Shown: positions 25,226 through 38,610 of the stretch, one piece after another
Layout of the letters: every line of letters starts with the position of its first letter
Position numbering within the stretch: the stretch's first letter is position 1
The notes under the pieces: generated by a model
The model's database searches: none
What the model saw: only the letters and a program-made list of their open reading frames with translations
What the model was told of the DNA's origin: nothing
Assembly: GCA_951406725.2 (NCBI GenBank)
Contig: OX597817.1
Coordinates: 51,212,001 to 51,276,000 of the forward strand
DNA: 64,000 bases
Origin: Octopus vulgaris
Taxonomy: Eukaryota
Reading direction: 5' to 3'
Translations under genes and position numbers: made by a program

Positions 25226-26153
25226 AAAAAATGAAGTTCGAAAATGCTGCTGTATTATACAATTTTTAATTTTTATATATACATTATAACATGTTTCAGT
25301 TCCTGAAATGAACCTTATCAAAAAAAAGTTATATATAAAAAGAGACAGCTCATGCCGTCAAACACAAGAAATTCATTTATAATACACAACGGAGTCAGAC
25401 ATCTTAGAGTTCATGTATAGTTGATATATAGTTCATGTATAGTTGATATATAGTTTGAAGTATATGTTCAAAGTGTTCGATGCAGTGGCCCACGGTGGCG
25501 ATACGTATTCAATACAAAAAACAGATCAAAGTGGTGGAAAGCGGTCAATACAGAAGATTGATGTTTCCGAAAGAGCGAGGAATTCATTTTTACCTTAAGC
25601 AATTGTGATGACCCATGGTGGAAGTTCGCTGGGTGGTTCTAGTGATTTTTTGTGAAATGCTTGGTTTTATAATGCCTGTTATAATGCATTATAATGCATT
25701 ATAAAACCAAGCATTTCACAAAACATCACTAGAACCACCCAGCGAACTTCCACCATGGGTCATCACAATTGCTTAAGGTAAAAATGAATTCCTCGCTCTT
25801 TCGGAAACATCAATCTTCTGTATTGACCGCTTTCCACCACTTTGATCTGTTTTTTGTATTGAATACGTATCGCCACCGTGGGCCACTGCATCGAACACTT
25901 TGAACATATACTTCAAACTATATATCAACTATACATGAACTATATATCAACTATACATGAACTCTAAGATGTCTGACTCCGTTGTGTATTATAAATGAAT
26001 TTCTTGTGTTTGACGGCATGAGCTGTCTCTTTATATATAACTTTTTTTGATAAGGTTCATTTCAGGAACTGAAACATGTTATAATGTATATATAAAAATT
26101 AAAAATTGTATAATACAGCAGCATTTTCGAACTTCATTTTTTACAAATATATA
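25215..26153. repeat. Large near-perfect palindrome (arms about 460 bp, spacer about 20 bp)
   Basis: 25215-25675 is the reverse complement of 25696-26153 with only a few differences. Confidence 0.95.
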
Positions 26154-26179
26154 CCTACTCGTATACGAGCTAATCCTAT

Positions 26180-26280
<101 letters not shown>

Positions 26281-26559
26281 GTCTATATATATATATATAT
26301 ACATATATATACACGCATATATACATATACGCACGCACTCTCAGACACAGAGACATACATAAGCACATGCACAAATACATGCATTTATATATTTTATATA
26401 TATATATACATATGTATGTATGTATAGATTTACCTACAAATGAATATACACACACAAACATATACATGTGTGTGTGTGTGTGTGTGTGACTGCAACACCT
26501 TAACTAATACCCCACGTGCCCCCATACGGTATGTATACAATAAACATATATAAATAGTG

Positions 26560-26897
26560 CAGGCGTAATGGCCAAGTGGTTAGGGCAGCGGACTCGCGGT
26601 GATAGAATCGCGGTTTCGATCCCCAGAACGAATGTTGTGAGAGTTTATTGAGCAAAAACACCTAAATCTCCACGAGGCTCCTGCAGGGGGTGGCGGCGAA
26701 ACATGTTGTATTCTTTCTGTTTCTGTTGTACCTGTATCTCAAAGAGCCAGCGTTGTCATGCTGAATCTCCCTGAGAATTACATTAAGGGTACACATGTCT
26801 GTGATGTGCTCAGCCACTTCCGCGTTAATTTCGCGAGCAGGCTGTTCCGTGGATCGGATCAACTGGAACCCTCGTCGTCGTAACCGTCAGAGTGCCA
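26560..26897 (+). mobile_element. SINE family D head with tail type 2
   Basis: Matches 13735-14110. Confidence 0.85.
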
Positions 26898-27402
26898 CAT
26901 GCATAAACACACACGCAAAAAAACACGCGTGTGTACAGATATACATCTGCGACAGTTTGCCGCAGAAAAAAAGCATTCATTAATGATAAATATTTTGGTA
27001 TTCTTCGATTCTTCTCCCCAACCGCCAACCCATCTCGCTTGTGGACCAAACGCCGCACACATCAATACCGTTGCAAAATTGTAAACACCTTGTACAAATA
27101 CAGAAACATACAAACATATCAACCACACAGCGTAATTCAGGAATATATTTGCGAATATATTTGCAACTCTATAACTCTAATGATGCCAGATTTCCATGTT
27201 AGGGCTTGGTTCATTAATAACATAATCATGGAATTTCATACATATTCAATTTGCCTAACTAATGAAGTGTAATTTCCTCATCTCTTATCATGGAGGACAT
27301 CTCTAATGAACCGGATTATAGAGATTGTATGTTATTTCCATTGCAGCCAGATTGTTATTGGTTATTAATTGTGTTCATCACAGACAATATTCATACCATA
27401 GA

Positions 27403-27931
27403 TTAGGTTGTCCGGAAAGTTCTCAGCGTTTTGTTAATATGGAAAAAGGGACATAATTCCTGAACGTTACTTTTAGGAACTTCCAACTCCTCTGTAAGTT
27501 CTCTAGTCGTGATATTTGAGTTTTCTTCGACTGTTGCCTCCAAAATATCTTCATCTAATTTTGAAGGTCTTCCACTGCGACTTTCATCTTCCAAGCTTTA
27601 AATTTTGCAAAGCACCTTCGAGCATCATCACTATAAACATCATCTTTCATCCACAGCATCATCATCATCATAAACATCACAAATGTTTTTGCAAGATTTT
27701 TACAGAATTTTCTCTTTTTTTAAATAAAGAAAAGCATCACCATGCGGACAAGAATTTTTTGGTTATCCATTTTAAATGTCAATAAAGGATAACCAAAATG
27801 AATGACAAATCAATTTTTAGTCAAGAACAAAGAGTTGCACTCCCACTTCAAGCAACGCAAAAGTGTTATCTGTTCAATGAAGCGTTAAAAGAATTAGTTT
27901 AAAAACGCTCAAAACTTTTCCGACAACCAAA
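27403..27931 (-). mobile_element. Internally deleted mariner retaining the transposase N-terminus
   Basis: TIRs TTAGGTTGTCCGGAAAGTTCTCAGCGTTTT / AAAAACGCTCAAAACTTTTCCGACAACCAAA-TA; LEDESRSGRPSKLDED...TTREL. Confidence 0.85.
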
Positions 27932-27947
27932 TAATATAATTATAATA

Positions 27948-28180
27948 CCTATTTCTTTACTACCCACAAGGGGCTAAACACAGCGGAGACAAACAAGGGC
28001 AGACAAACGGATTAAGTCGATTACATCGACCCCAGTGCGTAACTGGTACTTAATTTATCGACCCGGAAAGGATGAAAGGCAAAGTCGACTTCGGCGAAAT
28101 TTGAACTCAGAATGTAACGGCAGACGAAATACGGCTACGCATTTCGCCTGGCGTGCTAACGTTTCCGCCAGCTCGCCACC
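27948..28180 (-). mobile_element. SINE family A
   Basis: Full-length reverse match. Confidence 0.9.
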
Positions 28181-28329
28181 CTCTAATAATATAAACATAA
28201 TACCTGTAAAGAACACACTTGTCATCTATATCTTTTTTTGTTTTTTGTCTTTTACCTGGCGTTTATTTCTGTCATTAGACTTTGTCCTACCGGGGTATCG
28301 CTTTGATGGATTTCAGTCGAAAGAAAGAA

Positions 28330-28702
28330 CTCTTTACTCTTTTACTTGTTTCAGTCATTTAATCGAGCAACTCGACCCCGGGACTTATTCTTTGTAAACC
28401 CAGTACTTATTCTATCAGTCTCTTTTTCCGAACTGCTAGGTGACGGGGACGTAAACACACCAGCATCGGTTGTCAAACAATGCTAGGGGGACAAACACAC
28501 ACACATACATATGATTGATTGATTGATTTTAGTTTCAGCTCATGAGCTGTGGCCATGCTAGGGCACCGCCATTTCAATTACTATATGTATGTATATATAT
28601 AGTAAATATTTTTAAAGCTTATATTGGTCTCTTAATTCGAACTGCTAAGTTACGGCGACGTATGCACACCAATACCAGTTGTCAAGCGCTAGTGGAGAAC
28701 AA

Positions 28703-28734
<32 letters not shown>

Positions 28735-28865
28735 TTTCCGTCTGCTCAGAATGCTCTGGTTGGCTCTAGGCTATAGTAGAAGACACTCGCCCTAGCTACC
28801 ATACAGGAGGATTGAACCCGAGACCATATGTTTGGGAAGTAAATTTCTTATCACACAGCCACGTC
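28330..28865 (-). mobile_element. Fragmented SINE family C pieces plus an isolated LINE-type 3' tail (28528-28570)
   Basis: Reverse matches to the family C tail, middle and head. Confidence 0.75.
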
Positions 28866-29360
28866 TATACGTATACAAACACTTTTCTCATTTTACGATA
28901 TTTCAAAGAATCCTCTTTAAATAAGTTCTAATTGTACTCGATTTACGTATTTTGATATGTTTTAAGGAGATCCATTTAACAGCCGAAAGTTGATGGTTGT
29001 CATTCTCATACACACTCACTTCCTTTTGTCTTCCCGCTAGTGACGTTGACTATGACTATCCGTATACTGAGCATTAACTCGTGCCAGGAATTACAGATAA
29101 AAATCCCTGATACAGCAGACAGTCGAGCTCTATGCCTCAAACATATACCAAGACTAAATAGCAGAAACTCACAAGATGTTTGTTTTATTTCCAATTGCAA
29201 ACCTGCACTATAAACTATATTCACATATAATTTACTTTCACTCTACATTCCTCGCACTTTGGATTTACAGGAGACAGAAAAGTAAGCAGATAGCGAAGCA
29301 AAAAGATTATAATCCATCGGCCACAAAATACTTCTCCGTATAAAATCTAGCTACGGATGT

Positions 29361-29450
29361 ATATGTTCTAAAACTGGAACGATACAGAGAAGATTAGCAT
29401 GGCCCCTGCCCAAGGATGACACGAACAATCGTGAAACGTTCCATATTTTT
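29361..29450 (+). pseudogene. U6: U6 snRNA copy lacking the canonical 5' stem-loop
   Basis: CTAAAACTGGAACGATACAGAGAAGATTAGCATGGCCCCTGCCCAAGGATGACACG...TCGTGAAACGTTCCATATTTTT; ACAGAGA box, AGC triad and 3' oligo-T present. Confidence 0.93.
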
Positions 29451-29618
29451 AAATCACAGGCGTAGGAGTGGCTGTTTGGTAAGTAGTTTGCTTACGAACC
29501 AAATGGTTCCGGTTTCAGTTGCTGCGTGGCACCTTGGGCAAATGTCTTCTACTATAGCCTCGGGCCGACCAAAGCTTTGTGAGTGGATTTGGTAGACGGC
29601 AACTGAAAGAAGCCCGTC

Positions 29619-29675
<57 letters not shown>

Positions 29676-29679
29676 TATA

Positions 29680-29770
<91 letters not shown>

Positions 29771-29820
29771 TATATCATATATCATATATATCATATATCA
29801 TATATCATATATCATATATC

Positions 29821-29989
29821 TGTGTATCTTTCTGTTGAAGAGCGTAGGCTCGAAACGTTAAAGACTTGTTTTATTTATATTTCCTGAGTGCCATACTAAT
29901 ACAATTGTTTGTTTGTATTCCACCTGCCTCCGTCTTTTGTTTATTTCCGTAAACCTGCCTTCGTCTTTTGTCTATTTTCATAAAGCTCC

Positions 29990-29990
<1 letters not shown>
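29821..29990 (+). mobile_element. Short Penelope-pLTR-like fragment with variant minimal HHR (29827-29864)
   Basis: TCTTT-CTGTTGA-A-GAGC-GTAG-GCTC-GAAA-CG-TT|AAAGA; relatives at 58375-58590, 61180-61330 and 61410-61580. Confidence 0.7.
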
Positions 29991-30038
<48 letters not shown>

Positions 30039-30041
30039 TAC

Positions 30042-30089
<48 letters not shown>

Positions 30090-30095
<6 letters not shown>

Positions 30096-31166
30096 GGTTC
30101 AATTTGAGGACAGTTGACGGCGACCTACTTTTGGCAATGAATCCATTGTTCTGCCAGATGCGGGTTGATTAATTAGCTCTGGGGAAACTCCCCGACCTTT
30201 TCAGGTGAATTAGAGTTCAGTTTGTGAGAGACAGTGAGAGAAATGTTGATGGGCTGAGGAAGACAGATTAAGGAATCTGAGGAGCTGACAAGCGAGAGAA
30301 TGATAGAGAATGTGAAAGAGGAAGACAGGCAGAGAGTATTACAGAGCTAAGAGAGAGGGAGATTACGACAGAGAGATTGGGGTAGTGACAAGGCAGTCGA
30401 GAACAGAGCAAGTGAGGATTTAGCAGTCGGTATTTGGGAGTCAGGGCGAGCAGTTGGTGGTTGGATTTAGCAGTGAGGATTTGGTATTCGAGGTAAGCGG
30501 TTGGCGGTTGGATTTGGCGGTTGGCAGTTGGATTTAGCAGTGCTAAAAGAGATGAACTACAATGTGAGACATTGGCTGATGTAACGGTACGTGAATTGAT
30601 GTATTGATGTGTGAATTGAGTAAAGGACTTGTCGATGTGTTATAAAGGCTGGAAAAGAAATGAGACAGTAAAAAGAACAATGTGAACTGTGTTAATATGT
30701 GTTACAGAACTGTTAAAGCAAGAGAGAGACTCTGTTGTAGTCTTTAATGAACATTGAACTGCATATGCCTTTAATGTCCTTTGAACTGTAACGTTAATGT
30801 GATTTGAAACAGAACTGTTGCATCCGGACTGTATAATCTATTGACTTGTTGTTTAATTCGACGTGTACTCTTTAAATGCTGTTGTTATTGCATTTGCTGT
30901 GTTGTTACTTGCATGTATTTCCTCTTTGATGTATCTGATATATATTTGATGTTGTAACAATTATAAAGTGTTATAAACTAGTACGTTAAATGTAAGCCAA
31001 TTGCCTTCCGCTGTGTTTCTTTGATTGCCTCTGTGTCTCTTCCTGCGGCTGTTGTTGTAGTTGTTGTCTCTCTCTCCTCTCCGAGTTTCCGTGGCGAACG
31101 TTTTACTGATCGATTGGGCCTGTGTGAGGGATTCCGTAACAGCTTTCGTTCGGAGGTCCCGTAACA
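30090..31166. mobile_element. Probable solo LTR (1077 bp)
   Basis: Termini TGTTG...TAACA, 4-bp ATAT on each side, no ORF, inserted in (TA)n. Confidence 0.75.
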
Positions 31167-31175
31167 ATATATATA

Positions 31176-31241
<66 letters not shown>

Positions 31242-31256
31242 ATGCATATATATATA

Positions 31257-31318
<62 letters not shown>

Positions 31319-32351
31319 TGTTTGTGTATATGTGGGTCTGTGTTTGTCCCCCAAACATCGCCTGACAACCGATGCTAGTGTGATTATGTCCCCGTAACTT
31401 ATCGGTTCGGCAAAAGAATAAGTACTAGGCTTACAAAGAATAAGTCCTGGGGTCGATTTGCTCGACTAAAGACGGTGCTCCAGCATGGCTGCAGTCACAT
31501 GAGTGAAACAAGTAAAAGAGTAAAGAGAGTATTACAATATTCTGTCTCTCGGCAGACAAGAATCTAATGCAGTTTTGTTCATGTGCAAGGCTAGATCTCT
31601 CGAAATTCTAGTGACTGTGTTAAAATACTATTCATACTACATACCGTGCAGGGAAAACAAACTTTGAAAGTTTATTTGTTTAACTCGAATACATCTTCGC
31701 TTATGCAAGCTGGTAACAAATCTTTTGACGCGTAAAAGATGAACGGGGATTATATTTTAGCTTGAAAAACCGACAATAACATGCTTTCGTATTATTTGAT
31801 CAATTCTGTATTTTAGTTTATTAGTTGTTTCGTATCTTTACTATGATTGCTCAGCTAATATTCCCAGCTCGTATAATTTGTCTTCCATAGCCCATAATAC
31901 TTTTCTAGTCATAAAATTCGTAAGTCTTCTGTGTTAATTAAATTTTGGTCAATTAAGTATCCTGCTTTTCTTGGTATACCGATTACAAATAAAACTTCGT
32001 TGTTGTAAGTTTTCCGAACCATGCACCTATCAAGATCATCAAATTTGCGTTCAGGCATTACAGAAAAGCAGACGATATTTCAGAACGGTCATTTTAAGGT
32101 GTTGTTTCATCTCTCCGTTAAGGTTTGTTTTTCGAACACCTATTCTTACGTATTGTTACCGTGTATTTTACTTTATAGTCCGGTTGCAGACGTATAAAAC
32201 AGATGATATAAGACGATAGACACTTCTCAATGGAAATAACGAGGATGGTGTATAGATTAGTTCCGTGATCTTGGTAATACGGCTGTCCCTCATTTCTTTT
32301 CAATACAGCGACGTTGAACGAATTTTCTTTGTTATTATACTTATAATAAAA

Positions 32352-32600
32352 GCCGCGATCTGGCAGAATCGTAAGCACTCTAAGGCCGCGAGCTGGCAGA
32401 AATGTTACTACACGGGACGAAATGCTTAGCGGTATTTCGTCTGCCACTAAGTTCTTAGTTCAAATTCCGCCGAGGTCGACTTTGCCTTTCATCCTTTCGG
32501 GCGTCGATAAATTAAGTAGCGGTTGCGTACCGGGGTCGATCTAATCGACTGGCCCCTTACCCCAAAATTCCGGGCCTTGTGCCTAGAGTAGAACAGAATC
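32352..32600 (+). mobile_element. SINE family A, variant with alternative tail (...CCCCAAAATTCCGGGCCTTGTGCCTAGAGTAGAA) and duplicated head
   Basis: Family A head and core; alternative tail also seen at 46605-46640 and 50185-50222. Confidence 0.8.
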
Positions 32601-33047
32601 GTAAACACCGTATTACAATACGCGTAGCAACATTTCTTTATATTCATTACACCCGAAGTTCAAATGCGGCAAAACCGATTTAAACCTTCATTGTTTTCGG
32701 GTCAGTAAGAAATAATACAATTTGAACACTGGAATCGATTTAAGAGAAGAAAATCCCTCCCATCAAAATTCTTGTTCTGCTGCCAGTTTTTACACTTATA
32801 ATAAATTTTTAGTCTTCATCTTTGGGGAAATAATTAGTTGTTCCCTACTAAGATCTTCCATCGAGTTATTTAAAACGAATTCTACACTTTTAGATTATAA
32901 TTTATAATGATCATATTCCAACTTTCCAGTTTTAGACATTTCTTTACGTGTGTCAAAATCCTATTCAGATAATAAATATATATATTGTATTTCATTATAT
33001 TAAATTATAATATATACATATTATATGGCTGAAACAAGTATAAAAGA

Positions 33048-33097
<50 letters not shown>

Positions 33098-34284
33098 TAT
33101 ATATATAGTTTTCATTATATTATATATTAAATTATATATGTATTGCATTGTCTTTGTTTAATTCCATTATACATATATTTTATATTATATCATATTATAT
33201 TATATTATATTATATTATATATATATAATGTACATTGTGTGTGTAATTTTGATGATTTTGACTCGTATTCTGCTGGTTATTTTGTTTCCGCTTCTGTAGG
33301 ATATTCTGTATATATTCTGGGATATAATTTGTATTGTCTCCATTGTTACCTTTGTGTTGTGTGTGTAAGATCTATTTTCGGAATTAATGTTATTAATATT
33401 TATACTTTTAGTGTATATATTTTCATTGTTTCCCCCATTGTTATTCGTTTCGTGACTGTAATTCGTAAATTAATATGATCTTTTTTTCTACAAATTGCTT
33501 ATGTGGCGTGTATTGCTACGTAAAAATATTTTTCGGTTTTGAATATATATCTTCATAAACCGACGAGTTTGTTGGGATGTAAGCTGGTTTCTGCATCAAC
33601 GTTTCACAAATTACAAATATTATTGACGTATTTTGTGGTTGTCTAGGTTTTTAAAAAGAAGCACAGCTATAAAATATTTACGTCGTAAGGAAACGTATTC
33701 CATAATTTTTCTTTGTGTATTTATATTTCATCTGATATATTTTCCAAGTTCAAAATTGAAGTCACACCCTTTACATAAATCTGGATTACATATATCAGTC
33801 CGGTGCCAGTTTATTCTTTTCGAACTGTGAAGAATTTTTTTACCATTTATTTTTTAACTAAATCCTATACAACAGTTTCAAAATATATATTCGCCTTTAT
33901 GAGGAGAAAGCCATAACCAAGTATCATGGTTGTTATTTCTATTGTTCACAGTTCTTTGATGGGGGCTGAATATATCTTATGCTGCATTACTCTATTCACA
34001 CGTAGAGGCCATTCTATGATTAATGCCGTTGATAGCAACTATAAATTATTTTAAGGAAAGTGGAAAGCATTTAAAAATAATAGTTCAATACCATAATAAA
34101 ATACACCTAAAATATAATTTATCTTCTATTTTTTTATTATTATTTCATTGGTGGTAATGCGTTCTCTATATCGGGAACGAGGTACGCAGCGATGTTCACT
34201 ACCACATTATTATTTTGTTTTTTAAACTATTACATGCTGTTAGCACGGATGTTGAATGTTGTCTTGAGGTTGTTTCACAACAAG

Positions 34285-34445
34285 TCTCATCAGATCTCCA
34301 GAATATTTTCATAGGTATCCTGCAGAATGCTATATGAAACTTTCTGCAAGGCGACAATGCGAATCTCCATTCCAATATCTCTCAGATTCTTAGATAAATG
34401 GTTGGATGCTGAGAGAAGTGCTACCATTAGCATAAGAACTGCAGT
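34285..34445 (-). pseudogene. Highly degenerate R4/Dong-like C-terminal fragment
   Basis: LMVALLSASNHLSKNLRDIG...ALQKVS...ILEI resembles the same C-terminal region. Confidence 0.5.
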
Positions 34446-34450
34446 TGTCT

Positions 34451-35053
34451 TACCTATTTCTTTACTACCCACGAGGGGCTAAACACAGAGGGGACAAACA
34501 AGGACAGATAAACGGATTAAGGTGATTAAATCGAACCCAGTGCATAACTGTTACTAAATTTATCGACCCCGAAAGGAAGAAAGGCAAAGTCGACCTCGGA
34601 GGAATTTGAACTCAGAACGTAGCGGCAGACGAAATACCTATTTCTTTACTACCAACAAGGGGCTAAACATAGAGGGAACAAACAAGGACAGACAAACGGA
34701 ATAAGTCAATTATATCGACCCCAGTGCGTAACTGGTACTTATTTAATCGACCCCGAAAAGATGAAAAGCAAAGTCGCCCTGACGGAATTTGAACTCAGAA
34801 CATGGAGACAGACGAAATACCGATTTCTTTACTACTCACAAGGGGCTAAACACAGAGGGTACAAACAAGGATAGACAAACGGATTAAGTCGATTACATCG
34901 ACCCCAGTGCGTAACTGGTACTTAATTTTTCGACCCCGAAAGGATGGAAGGCAAAGTCGACCTCGGCGGAATTTGAACTCAAAACGTAACGGCAGACGAA
35001 ATACGGCTACACATTTCGCCCGGCGTGCTAACGTTTCTGCCAGCTCACCGCCT
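34451..35053 (-). mobile_element. SINE family A tandem trimer (one head, three bodies of about 184 bp)
   Basis: Junctions GACGAAATACC-(T/G)ATTTCTTTACT near 34636 and 34819. Confidence 0.92.
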
Positions 35054-35337
35054 TACCTGCTCGCCGCCTTATGTTGTCTTACCTTCCACGACCATCCATC
35101 TGGCTCGGTCCTTATATTTCTCAGTTTTCTCAATATGTCTGCTGTCGGCCCTCTGTTTTTATCAATGATATTGCTTGTTGTTTCCTCTGACCAACAAATT
35201 GATTCACCAGAGATTCAACGGTACACCTCTATATAGAATGCTCGACCACGTACCTGTTCATTAATTGGCTAATTTAGCTGATTGAAAATCTGAACCCCCA
35301 TCGTCGACTAATGGAGAGCAGTGACCACATACACACG

Positions 35338-35370
<33 letters not shown>

Positions 35371-36734
35371 CATTATAATTATAATTAAGGGTATTTAAGA
35401 GATACCACCATGTTAGAGATAGCAGTTAATACTTGGATCTAAAACCATGTAATCATACAGCACAATGTGAAAAGACAAATAGACAAATAAACTAGCAAAA
35501 ACCTATTGGATAATCCCAGATCAGGATTTCTGGCTGTGTATACAAATTTACTTGCTCAAGATAACAACACGTAGCCCGGTTCGGGAATCGGACTCACAAC
35601 CTCACGACCGTAATTTCGACGCTCTAACCACCGTCTAAATTTTTATATGGTGTTTACTTAATTCTCACCAATCTCATTTTATAATTAAGAGATCGGTGAG
35701 GACAAATCGCAATATTCAGTGCGTACCCTGATTCCCTTCAATTAACCACCTAATCCTATCATGTCAAGTAAATAAAATGTGAACCACTTCCCATCTTCGT
35801 CTTCATTAATTTACTATTAAAGAATGTTCGCCAATTACACATCGTTATATTTGTCGTATCATTTTACCTGACCTCAAAATCTGTATAACTATAATAAGAA
35901 TGGCTTTCTTTCGGTGTCACTTATTCTATTTGTTTTGTATTTGAGGGCTTCATTTTCATCGCAAATCTGCCAATTAGTAAATTTCATAGGCAGCAAAGCA
36001 TTTAAGTATGTAATGTTTTTAACATTGATTTATTGGTTTCTTTTCACGAAAATATTATTCCATAAGATGTTGTAGTTCGTTTAAATAACCTCAATGAATC
36101 TCCGGTAATGGCTTCATTGACTTGCGTATCAAGGAATTTTATTGACAAAGAATTTCGCTTAGCGAATCTAAGAAACAATTTTCTAGACACAATGAGAATT
36201 ATAAAATCATAAAACGCGTCGATCTTGTATTTTTATGGGAAATACAAGTGAACTAATCTCACGAGATTCGAATGCAGACCATGTATATATAAAAACTGTA
36301 TACGCGAAGAATGGTTTAGCAAGCCGTATATTTCACACCGGGACAAATACTACATTTAAATATATTTAACCGCTGTAGATGAGAGTTAGATTTCATTCGC
36401 AAAGGATGATGGAATGGTAACTATAACGATGAATTCGCTAATTGTTTTAGTTTCTTATGTAGTTGCTAATAACCACGTGTATCTTCTCATCATCCTTAAT
36501 CTTCTCTCAACACAGCATTAAGAATATTACAGGTGGAAAGAGAAAGGGCTATAACAGCATCCGCCTGTATTCATTCTAAGTAACAGACTGGAACAACTTG
36601 AATTAAATGCCTCTTTTGAAGGGCGCAATGCGCTGTACTGTCCAGGAATTAAAACGACGGTCTTATGATCACGATTCTAACACTTTGACCAATCGGTCGC
36701 AAGCCTTAATATAACTACAAACAAATAATTCTAA

Positions 36735-37165
36735 TTCTGGCCAGCAATTTTGAGGGACGGAACAAGTTGATTACACCCACACCAGTTCTCTACTGAACTA
36801 TTTTTAAGACCTGAAATAGATGTATGACAAAGTTGATCTCGGTGGAATTTGAACTCAAAACAGAAACACCCGCGAGAAATGCTGCCAAACATTTTGTCCC
36901 CCGAGCTCACCATTCTACCAGCTCACCGCATTACTGCAAATATATAATCTTTTCTACTTATTGACACAAGGCCAGCAATTTTGAGGTGAATGAGACAGTT
37001 GCTTACATCAAGCCCAGTGCTCAGCTGGTGCTTACGTTATCGACCCTGAAAGCATGATATGCAAAGTCATCTCGGCAGAATTTGAACTCAGACCGAACAC
37101 AGCCCTTAGAAATATTGCTAAGCATTTTGTGCAACGAGGTCACAATTCTTCCAGTTCGTTGCCTT
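36735..37165 (-). mobile_element. Two old, diverged SINE-A-like copies
   Basis: GAATTTGAACTCA and CCAG(C/T)TC motifs in reverse. Confidence 0.7.
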
Positions 37166-38269
37166 TAATTGCATTGTATTACGTAGTCTATTGTATTTTA
37201 AGACAATGATTAATTCACACAAAATTTCAACAAGTGTTCATAGTAAGAACTTTAATAGTTGTCTCTCTATAACTAATTCGGTGTCACAGTTTGCGTAGCA
37301 GAATTATTTATGGTCATTGTAAGTCAAGTAACATATCTCGCCACATTATATTACTTTCGATTTTATCTGACATATCTCGCGCCTCTGAAATAGTTATGAT
37401 CAATATCAGAAAACCTCTATTTCATTTCTTTCTTATGATTTTAGTTAATAGAGTGTGAACTTACATTAAATCGAATATATAGCAAGATAAATAACAATGA
37501 TAGGAATTTTAAGAAAGTATATTATCTCTCATATAAATTGGAGGAATGATTTCAAAATGATATTATTGGCGTTTCAGATCATACACCTTCGTCAAACTTG
37601 AGTTCAAAAATATTTCTACAGGTTTTAATTATTTTATCAACGCGAGAGAATTACAGAATTGTTAATAAGAAACTGTGTATTTGTCGAATATTTTTTTCAA
37701 TGTGTTTGAATTAACCACATCGGCTAAAGATTTATATTAATTTATTTAATTGTTCCAGAGTTATATTTCCATTCTGTCAGTCTATGTCAGAAATATTATT
37801 ATATAATTCAATGATTATCATTAAGTATTTCCCTTTATTATCTATCATTAAGATTATCATTAAGTATTTCACTTTATAATTGATAACTATTTACTATAAA
37901 TAATTATTTTTCCATTCTTAGTCGTAATAACTGGGTTACCTGAATTGGATTTAATGTAATTTATTATTCACAGATATTTTGCTGCAGGCCCTACAACCTT
38001 AATCATATATGTCTTTCTTTATAGCTGTATTCTCTAATTTGATGTCCTGTATTTGTCGAGAGATATACCGATATATTAATGAGGTCCAGCTGCTCTTAAA
38101 CTTCAAATATACTGGTTTAAGTTTCTACGTTTTATAACCTGTCACAAATGATTAACAACATCTGTCGTATGCGGAATCAATGTAACCTGCAGTAGATAGG
38201 TATAAGAAAAACTCACATAAACTTGGGGGCTTTTCGCAAGTATTGTTATAACAAATGCCTTAATCCGTT

Positions 38270-38610
38270 GCGGTAGCTGGGGCACTGAGGCCACACAACG
38301 TATCTAGGGTGAGAAAGCCTGCCGACGCCCATTCCTCTAATCTTATTTCTACAGCTGAGTGGACTGGAGCAACGTGAAATGAAGTGATTTGCTCCAGAAC
38401 ATAACGGATCGCCTAGTCCGCGGATCGAAATCACAACCATACGAGCTTGAATCCAACACCCTAAGCACTAAGCGACGCATCTCCACTAATGATATTAATT
38501 TCTACAGTTGACTAGACTGGAGCAACGTGAAGTGTTTTGCGGGGTCCAGGTATCGAAACCACAATCTTAGGATCATGAGTCCGACACCCTATCCACTAAT
38601 CCACGTGGCC
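38270..38610 (-). mobile_element. Two SINE family B copies
   Basis: GACTGGAGCAACGTGAA...TCGAAA..ACAA...CACTAA twice. Confidence 0.75.

Larger units (their letters stand above)
29458..31530 (+). mobile_element. SINE family C split by nested insertions (5' half 29458-29620, 3' half 31320-31530)
   Basis: The two halves are collinear with the intact copy at 61785. Confidence 0.85.

Noticed and set aside
25345-25385. SSCR..KHKKF-like string resembling a Penelope ORF C-terminus in the large palindrome
   Set aside because: Needs a frameshift and is too short to support.
34451-35053. Regularly spaced repeats as a possible CRISPR array
   Set aside because: These are SINE bodies of about 184 bp with no unique spacers, in a eukaryotic context with no cas genes.
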